Below, piece after piece: positions 35,827 through 41,896 of a DNA stretch of 41,896 nt; the first letter of the stretch is position 1; every line of letters begins with the position of its first letter. Both the position numbers and the translations under genes were made by a program. The stretch comes from Bacilli bacterium (GTDB lineage Bacteria > Bacillota_I > Bacilli_A > RF39 > UBA660). The notes under the pieces are model-generated. The model searched no databases. It worked only from the letters and a program-made list of their open reading frames with translations, and was not told the DNA's origin. The DNA is taken from the NCBI GenBank assembly GCA_017886705.1, contig JAGHJJ010000085.1:1-41896 (forward strand), given 5' to 3'.

Positions 35827-36381
35827 ATGTTTGTACCACATAGCCCAGATATGGTTTATGATGTAGAAAGACATTCTGATAGATGTGTTTGTGGATGTTC
35901 TGCACTTGCCACTTGTCATGATTATAATAGTGTTAATTGTGGTTACTGTGAGAGCTGTGCTAAAAAGAGAACAGATTTTGTTACTGATATTACAGGTGTA
36001 ATATCAGTTGGTGAAGAAAATAGTTTTGAATATGCAATATTGGCTACAATTGAAAATATAAGGCAAAATATATTTAAAGAGAGATTTTATTATATGGTTG
36101 ATAACTATTTTGGACAACATCAAAATGATAGTGAATTTACTGAGCCATATGATGATGCGTCCTTTATAGCAAAAGTATATAGAGAAAAAAATAGTATGAT
36201 GCAAACTTTTATATCTAGTATTGTACTACATAATGAAAATAAATTTTCTAAATCAAATAAGATTAATAGAATACTTTCTTATTATAAATCTGAATTAGAA
36301 GCCACAATAGAAAAAGATGAGGATATTTTAGAAAAATGGACCTCTAAGGCTGGAGGTTATTCATATAAAAAAGCAAAATAA
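35827..36381 (+). CDS. Orphan protein with Cys-rich N-terminus, cassette cargo
   Basis: RBS AGGGGGAG; CVCGC..C.......CGYCESC cluster; flanked by tRNA-Thr and its 3'-half copy. Confidence 0.75.
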   Translation: MFVPHSPDMVYDVERHSDRCVCGCSALATCHDYNSVNCGYCESCAKKRTDFVTDITGVISVGEENSFEYAILATIENIRQNIFKERFYYMVDNYFGQHQNDSEFTEPYDDASFIAKVYREKNSMMQTFISSIVLHNENKFSKSNKINRILSYYKSELEATIEKDEDILEKWTSKAGGYSYKKAK

Positions 36382-36405
36382 TATGTTATTATCCGCCCTT
36401 CCTTT

Positions 36406-36477
36406 CCTCGATAAAGATTAGCGGTAAGTTCAATTCTTACTTCCGGCACCAGATTGATAATTGCTCGAACGTACGAG
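36406..36477 (+). repeat. att-like site C: diverged tRNA-Thr 3' half plus N12-CTCGAAC
   Basis: 36406..36455 aligns ungapped to 35675..35724 at 41/50 nt with a compensated T-stem (GTAAG/CTTAC). Confidence 0.8.
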
Positions 36478-36530
36478 TTATAATATATAGAGAACTTGTA
36501 ATAAGTTCTTTTTTATGATATTATTAGTAT

Positions 36531-36650
36531 GTAAGCAAGAAAACTTGCATAAAATAAAAAAGAGGAACATTCAATTCTGCAAGTGAATGTCGCCTCTAAA
36601 AAAATTAGTGTTGACACTCAATCAGAGATGAGAGAGTGTCATATTTTTAT
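36531..36650 (+). ncRNA. Putative antisense antitoxin RNA
   Basis: TTGTAA-17-TATTAT promoter with TG extension (36496..36524); ends at TGACACTC...GAGTGTCA hairpin plus T-rich tail; antisense to the 3' end of the peptide transcript. Confidence 0.5.
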
Positions 36651-36731
36651 TGCTATTACCAATAAGGTAAGGAGTAATAAAATGATAGCAATAAGACGAA
36701 GGACTTTTATTATAAAAGTTCTTTTTTTTAT
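36639..36731 (-). CDS. Putative type I toxin-like hydrophobic peptide (30 aa; ATA at start position)
   Basis: (I/M)KKRTFIIKVLRLIAIILLLLTLLVIAIKI* after RBS AAGAAGGGA; promoter TTGTTT-17-TATAAT upstream; 5' and 3' UTRs complementary. Confidence 0.55.
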   Translation of the reverse strand: MKKRTFIIKVLRLIAIILLLLTLLVIAIKI

Positions 36732-37165
36732 TTCTATCCCTTCTTTCTCAAGATTGGAGGACGACACTCACATCAAATGTTCCTGTTAGAATTATATAAT
36801 AAATGGATTCATAAAACAAGCAAACAAGAAATGCTTTTGATAAAATTTCATTAGTCGAACTAGAGATAGTTTGTTTTTATATGCCTGAAAGAAACCAGAC
36901 AGTTATACAAATAATAAAGAAAAAATAATCAAAATATTAGTGTACACATATTGTTTTCCTTTAGTTTCTATTATATCAGAAAAGACTGATACAATAAGGC
37001 TTAAACTAGTGTTAAAAAGATGTATTGCTACAAAATGCAGAAGTCATTTTATAATACTTTTAATGTATAAAAGAAGCGACTTTGTGTTAGAGATTTAGTA
37101 TAATAATTATAAAGAATTTAACTATAAATCATATATTTAAATTAATTATTTTCAGGAGGTTTTAA

Positions 37166-37639
37166 ATGTCAAATATTACAGTTAAAGAAAAAGAAATTGA
37201 AGAAGCTAGTGATAGTGTAGAAAACATGATCTACGAAATAAATAATATTCAAGTAATGTTGGATTCGGAATTAGCTAGATTATATCAATGTAAAAATGGT
37301 ACAAAAGAAATAAATCAGGCAGTTAAAAATAATCCATTAAAGTTTCCTAAAAGATTTTCTTGGATTTTAAATGATACTGAATTAGAAGAATTGCGGTCAA
37401 AAAATTTGACCACAAATTATAGTAAAATGTCTAGAAGTAATCCCCGTGTATTTACAGAACAAGGTGTAATGATGTTAGCTACTATTTTAAAATCTGAGGT
37501 TGCAGTAGAAGTAAGTGTTAACATTATGGATGCTTTTGTAAAATTGAGAAAATATGTTTCAAATAGTTTAATGAATAGTGAAATGTTAATAAACCACGAG
37601 AATAGAATACTAAAACTAGAAACTGCTTTCAACTGCTAA
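37166..37639 (+). CDS. ORF6N domain protein, probably C-terminally truncated
   Basis: IYEI....VMLDS.LA.LY....K.INQAVK.N..KFP..F, P.VFTEQGV.MLAT.LKS..A..V...IM.AFV.LR. Confidence 0.85.
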   Translation: MSNITVKEKEIEEASDSVENMIYEINNIQVMLDSELARLYQCKNGTKEINQAVKNNPLKFPKRFSWILNDTELEELRSKNLTTNYSKMSRSNPRVFTEQGVMMLATILKSEVAVEVSVNIMDAFVKLRKYVSNSLMNSEMLINHENRILKLETAFNC

Positions 37640-37809
37640 ATTTTCTTATAGACATGAGAAAAAACACTTTAATTTATCACAATAAACATGATTGAATTTT
37701 GCCAAATTAGAATTATAAATGTTTTTTCTATATCTAAAAACAACTGTATTTGATATTGTATTAAAGAAATCTGTAATATATAATGATTATATAAGAGTAG
37801 GTGAGTAAG

Positions 37810-38616
37810 ATGAGAGAGTTGGTAAGTAAGAAAAAGGTATTGATAATTAGTTTTCTATTAATTGTTCTAATGATTTACTATATCGGGACTTATTATTCAG
37901 ATGGTCTATATCATAACAACTTAAATTGTGGTGCTTATATATTTTATACTTTAAATTCTTTTTTACCATTTTATTTATTACTCGCTTTTTTATCGAATAA
38001 TCTTGTAACTAGCAACTTTTATCAAAATAAATATAGCAAATTTCAAAATATGATTATTCCCAGAACAGGATTTAGAAAAAGAATATTATATGAAATGAAA
38101 ACGGTATTATTCTCATCCATTATCGTAAGACTTATGATTCATATCTTTACTTTAATAGTTATTCATTTATTCTTTTCCGAGATTCATTTTCAAGGATTTG
38201 AATCCAGTGCTTTTGTTGCATTAAATACCAATGCTACGATATCCTTATTATTATATATTGTCTATTCTACAATAGGGTTTGCTATATTTTCTCTATTTCT
38301 TTATAGTCTAATTTATTTTATAAAAAACAAATATATCTATAATGTAAGTGGGATTATTATCTTGGTTGTATTAGCGGTCTCTATGGCTCTTATTGGCAAT
38401 GCATTGTATGCCAACCAGTTAAATGTAAAATTATTTAATCCATTATTAGAGGCTATAAATACTTTATCTTTAATTCTTCCTGGTTTAGAAACATCCACTG
38501 CTATTACATCCATAAGAGAAACTAATTTATATTTTGGATATACCTGTATTATGTTTTTAATTTATAGTTGTATTTTATGTTTTATTGGCTGTAGTTGGAC
38601 AAGAAAAAAAGGCTAG
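37810..38616 (+). CDS. ABC transporter permease-like membrane protein
   Basis: About 6 TM segments; adjacent to ABC ATPase. Confidence 0.7.
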   Translation: MRELVSKKKVLIISFLLIVLMIYYIGTYYSDGLYHNNLNCGAYIFYTLNSFLPFYLLLAFLSNNLVTSNFYQNKYSKFQNMIIPRTGFRKRILYEMKTVLFSSIIVRLMIHIFTLIVIHLFFSEIHFQGFESSAFVALNTNATISLLLYIVYSTIGFAIFSLFLYSLIYFIKNKYIYNVSGIIILVVLAVSMALIGNALYANQLNVKLFNPLLEAINTLSLILPGLETSTAITSIRETNLYFGYTCIMFLIYSCILCFIGCSWTRKKG

Positions 38617-38638
38617 AAACAAGAGGAGGAAAATTTTT

Positions 38639-39244
38639 ATGTTAGAAATAAAAAATATAAGTAAAAAATTTGGTAAACATATCATTTTTCAAGATGTTTC
38701 TTTAACACTAAAAGAAGGAGAGTTAATTCATTTTTATGGTCCAAATGGTAGTGGAAAATCCACTTTATTTAAAATAATTACGGATATTACTTCTCCGGAT
38801 AAGGGACAAATAAAGATAGAAAAAGGAAAAAGAATAGGAGCTCTAATTGAAAACCCGGGATTTATTGAAAATGAAACTATTTTATACAATTTAAAGTATT
38901 TGTATTCTTTGTCAAATACATATGATGAGAAAGTAGAAAAACATATTGAAACTTTATGCCAAAGTTTTCATTTGGATTTATATAACCAAGATAAAATGAA
39001 AAACTATTCAGTTGGAATGAGACAGAAAGTTGCTATTATTCAATCTATCATGGAAAACCAAGACATTATTTTATTAGATGAACCAACCAGAGGATTAGAT
39101 GAAGCCGGAGTAGAGGAATTTTACAAACTCATAAAAGAATATAATAAGGAAAAAGATAAAATTATCGTAATAGCTTCACACGAATCATTAAAGTTACCTT
39201 TTGATAGAAAATTAGTAATTAAGGATTATCATATATATGATTAA
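38639..39244 (+). CDS. ABC transporter ATP-binding protein
   Basis: GPNGSGKS, IENPGF, YSVGMRQK, LLDEP, ASH. Confidence 0.92.
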   Translation: MLEIKNISKKFGKHIIFQDVSLTLKEGELIHFYGPNGSGKSTLFKIITDITSPDKGQIKIEKGKRIGALIENPGFIENETILYNLKYLYSLSNTYDEKVEKHIETLCQSFHLDLYNQDKMKNYSVGMRQKVAIIQSIMENQDIILLDEPTRGLDEAGVEEFYKLIKEYNKEKDKIIVIASHESLKLPFDRKLVIKDYHIYD

Positions 39245-39722
39245 AAAGATATTAAAGAATAGCAGTAATTACTTTTTCCTCATCTTATTTAATCTAGCTT
39301 TATTTTTAATTTATCAAGACACAAATAATTACTTGACTGTTAAATATATTACCACTAATAAGTCCATGGATATCATGATTAGTATTATTTTTACGTTTCT
39401 TTTGTTTAAGCTATATTTTGATAGTTATTATTATATTGTTATAAATAGATATAATATTATTACTAGAATAGGAAGAAAAAATTACAACTTATTAATTTTA
39501 AAACAACTTTTAATTCCATCAATAATATTTTTTATTATAAATTTCTTAACAGATTATATTCTAATTGGAAAGATTAATATAATTTACATAATGATAAATA
39601 TTTTATTTGCTATAGCTTGTGTAATCACATTGCCAAAAAAGAAAGAATACAATAATGAATTCTTAATAGTTTTAATACTTTTTATTCTTATAAAAGTAGT
39701 TTATTTCAAATTTTTTATTTAA
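39237..39722 (+). CDS. Membrane protein, probable second permease subunit
   Basis: Hydrophobic, IITRIG motif similar to IIPRTG in 37810; overlaps the ATPase stop. Confidence 0.65.
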   Translation: MIKKILKNSSNYFFLILFNLALFLIYQDTNNYLTVKYITTNKSMDIMISIIFTFLLFKLYFDSYYYIVINRYNIITRIGRKNYNLLILKQLLIPSIIFFIINFLTDYILIGKINIIYIMINILFAIACVITLPKKKEYNNEFLIVLILFILIKVVYFKFFI

Positions 39723-39857
39723 AACACAACAAGGATTTATCATTATACAAAAGAATAAATGTAAAGAAATGAGATTAGCTTTATATTTTTAATTTGATGA
39801 TATAAAATGATTAATTAGTGATATAATAGATTACTAACAAAGCAGGAGGTAGTAACT

Positions 39858-40673
39858 ATGAAATTAAGCTTAAATGACGTGGCATTTGAACCAACAAGAA
39901 GGTGTAATTTAGTATGTCATCATTGTATGCGTGGCCCTGGACAAAATATGGATATGAGTCCAAAATTTATTGATGCTTTTTTTGAAAGAAATGATATTGA
40001 ATATATTAATCACATTTGTTTTAGCGGAGGAGAGCCTACATTAAATCCAGAAATTATTACATATACCATAGAAAAAATAATAAATGAAAAGAAAGCAGTA
40101 GGTTCTGTTTCAACTGTAACAAACGGACAAATATTCAGTAAAGAGATTGTAGATGCATTTAATCACTTTAATCAATATCGTAATAGACAATCAATAGATG
40201 AAATACCTAAAAAGTATCAAGCTTGTTCAGAAGATACTATAAGAAAGTTAATTAAAGATAATACTGATAATCATGCTCGTATAACGTTTTCAAAAGATCA
40301 ATATCATAAAGAGGTTCCATCTAAAATAGAAGAATTATATCTACGAGAAAGCCAGGGCTTAAAAATTACATCTACTCCATATCTTGAACAAGAAAAAATA
40401 TATAAAACGGGAAATGCTACCTTTGGTAGGGACTTTGATTATCAATTAGATCAATTGCGATATTATGAAGAAAAGGATAGTTATGTTGTTTTTGATTTGC
40501 TTTATTTAACAGCATCAGGTTATATCACAACAGAGGGTATGGGAACTTATCAAGATATGGATCAAATTAATACAGGACATGTATCAAATGTTACTATACC
40601 AGAAATACTTGTAGATTATGGAACACCAATTTTTAAAACAAAAAAATTAACTAGAGACGATATAAAAAGATAA
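39858..40673 (+). CDS. Radical SAM protein
   Basis: EPTRRCNLVCHHCMRG (CxxxCxxC), FSGGEP, TNG, S.DQYH. Confidence 0.88.
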   Translation: MKLSLNDVAFEPTRRCNLVCHHCMRGPGQNMDMSPKFIDAFFERNDIEYINHICFSGGEPTLNPEIITYTIEKIINEKKAVGSVSTVTNGQIFSKEIVDAFNHFNQYRNRQSIDEIPKKYQACSEDTIRKLIKDNTDNHARITFSKDQYHKEVPSKIEELYLRESQGLKITSTPYLEQEKIYKTGNATFGRDFDYQLDQLRYYEEKDSYVVFDLLYLTASGYITTEGMGTYQDMDQINTGHVSNVTIPEILVDYGTPIFKTKKLTRDDIKR

Positions 40674-40766
40674 AGCAAAATGGTAACTTTTAATCAACAA
40701 ACTCTATAATTAAATAGTATATGTAAAATAATATGTTTAGCTTAAAAATAAAAAAGCATGATGAAA

Positions 40767-41603
40767 TTAATTGTTTTTATCATGCTTTTTCAATATTTTA
40801 CCAGATTTATTTTCATTATTATTTTTAACAGGTTCTAAAATAATATCTGCATAATGATTTGCTAAAGGTAAATAGGGATTTAATCCTACAAAATCTATGT
40901 TTCGAAAAGAAGGAAAATATTTTCTATCAAAATGTCTTCCATGAATCAATCCTTTATCATCAGCCTTATCAAAACAGACATTAAACCATTGAGTAATATC
41001 CTCCTCCTTTTCATCTTCATCAGATAACCGGATATATTCCTGGCAAAATCTTTCTCTAAGAACAGGTACAGAATTAAAATATTTATCTTTTTGTTCTATA
41101 ATAGCAATCGTAGAAATTAGCGTATTATAAAAATCTAATTTTTTCTGATTCCCGGTTAAAATATAACTCTCATCATACATAGTAGGTAACACACGCTCGC
41201 CACATGACTTATACCATACACTAGCCTTAGAAGGAGTAGTATAAATAACAGAATCTTTTACACCAAAACCAGCAAGACGAATATCTGGAATAAATTTGTG
41301 AGTAATTTGTGCTAGTTCTTCGTTAAGTCTATCATGTCCGCCAATACAAGTATCTTGACTAAAACAATTTCCTTGTGTTGTATCAAGACACTCTACATCA
41401 TGAGCAATATCTTTAGCCAATGCTAAATACATATTTCTCCAATCTACTTCTGTATATCCATAAAAAATGTTGATAAACAAATTTTCATTATAGTCCCGAG
41501 AGTTGTGAATTATAATATCTCTTACTTTTTCTTTGATAGAATTAGTCCACCAGTAAGCAGTTACTTCAATTGGACTTAACTCTATCTTTTTTCTTGTTTC
41601 CAT
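40767..41603 (-). CDS. Orphan hypothetical protein
   Basis: 278-aa ORF with RBS GAGGTG; no recognised motif. Confidence 0.7.
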   Translation of the reverse strand: METRKKIELSPIEVTAYWWTNSIKEKVRDIIIHNSRDYNENLFINIFYGYTEVDWRNMYLALAKDIAHDVECLDTTQGNCFSQDTCIGGHDRLNEELAQITHKFIPDIRLAGFGVKDSVIYTTPSKASVWYKSCGERVLPTMYDESYILTGNQKKLDFYNTLISTIAIIEQKDKYFNSVPVLRERFCQEYIRLSDEDEKEEDITQWFNVCFDKADDKGLIHGRHFDRKYFPSFRNIDFVGLNPYLPLANHYADIILEPVKNNNENKSGKILKKHDKNN

Positions 41604-41896
41604 CTATAAACACCTCTTTTGTTTTAATAGTATTATACTATATCCTTAACATTTTTCAATAGAAATAAATGTATGAAATTTGTATTATATAAAATTGATG
41701 CTATGATAAAAAATGGAAAAGAGAAAATGATATTATGCTTGATTATTAAAAGTATTGGAAATGGTAAAAAACGTTGAATCAATCTAAAGTGCACAAATAA
41801 GTGCAATTTAAAGTTAAATGTGTATTTTTAAAAGAAAATGCACATTTTTTGATGTTTTTTTAGTAAAATAATTGCTGAAAATCAAAAAAAATGATA

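Noticed and set aside
36583-36789. 68-aa plus-strand ORF
   Set aside because: No RBS; better explained as the antisense of the peptide locus, which has promoter, RBS and structured UTRs.
36854-36873. TCGAACTA-GAGA-TAGTTTG inverted repeat resembling the att arm
   Set aside because: No ACCA 12 nt upstream; at best a decayed site.
265-37632. Short antisense or overlapping ORFs in the track (265-474, 3669-3971, 4134-4379, 5626-5907, 7138-7440, 15249-16311 set, 19527-19787, 22577-22810, 30849-32145 set, 34172-34396, 34920-35183, 35385-35600, 36004-36204, 37417-37632)
   Set aside because: Shadows of well-supported genes or tRNAs, without RBS or motifs.
35721-41896. Prophage or ICE downstream of the tRNAs
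   Set aside because: No integrase, structural, replication or conjugation genes visible; only accessory cargo.

Overview
Very AT-rich Bacillota chromosomal window, most consistent with an uncultured gut Bacilli lineage (RF39-like; inferred from composition, VPNT sortase motifs and gene content, not verified). From left to right: the 3' end of a TnpB/IS200-IS605-type element with its probable omegaRNA; housekeeping and membrane genes; spoIIGA-sigE; two tandem paralogous thioester-domain/SpaA-repeat sortase-anchored adhesins; a degenerate thymidine kinase; and a small decayed accessory patch. Next comes a ~15 kb NAD salvage/ADP-ribose recycling supercluster (pncA, pncB, Nudix, nadE, prs, nadD, pncC, nrtR, nadK). 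It also carries a TRAM-less methylthiotransferase-like radical SAM enzyme, an ARH-like/ART-like gene pair and several orphans. Several of its genes share a repeated palindromic operator, TATTAA-N7-TTAATA (7 copies). After it lie uvsE, murI, a plsC-acyl-CoA ligase-plsC lipid salvage unit, tRNA-Arg(CCG) and tRNA-Thr(GGT), and an accessory island. The island holds a single-gene cassette, an unannotated type I toxin-antitoxin-like locus, a truncated ORF6N gene, an ABC transporter and a radical SAM gene. The most unusual non-coding signal is a set of four tRNA-Thr 3'-end/att-like sites. Three share an ACCA-N12-CTCRAA signature and the fourth is a close variant. They delimit single-gene cassettes in two oppositely oriented arrays, with no recombinase in the window. 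All calls are from motif reading by eye; no database searches were run.
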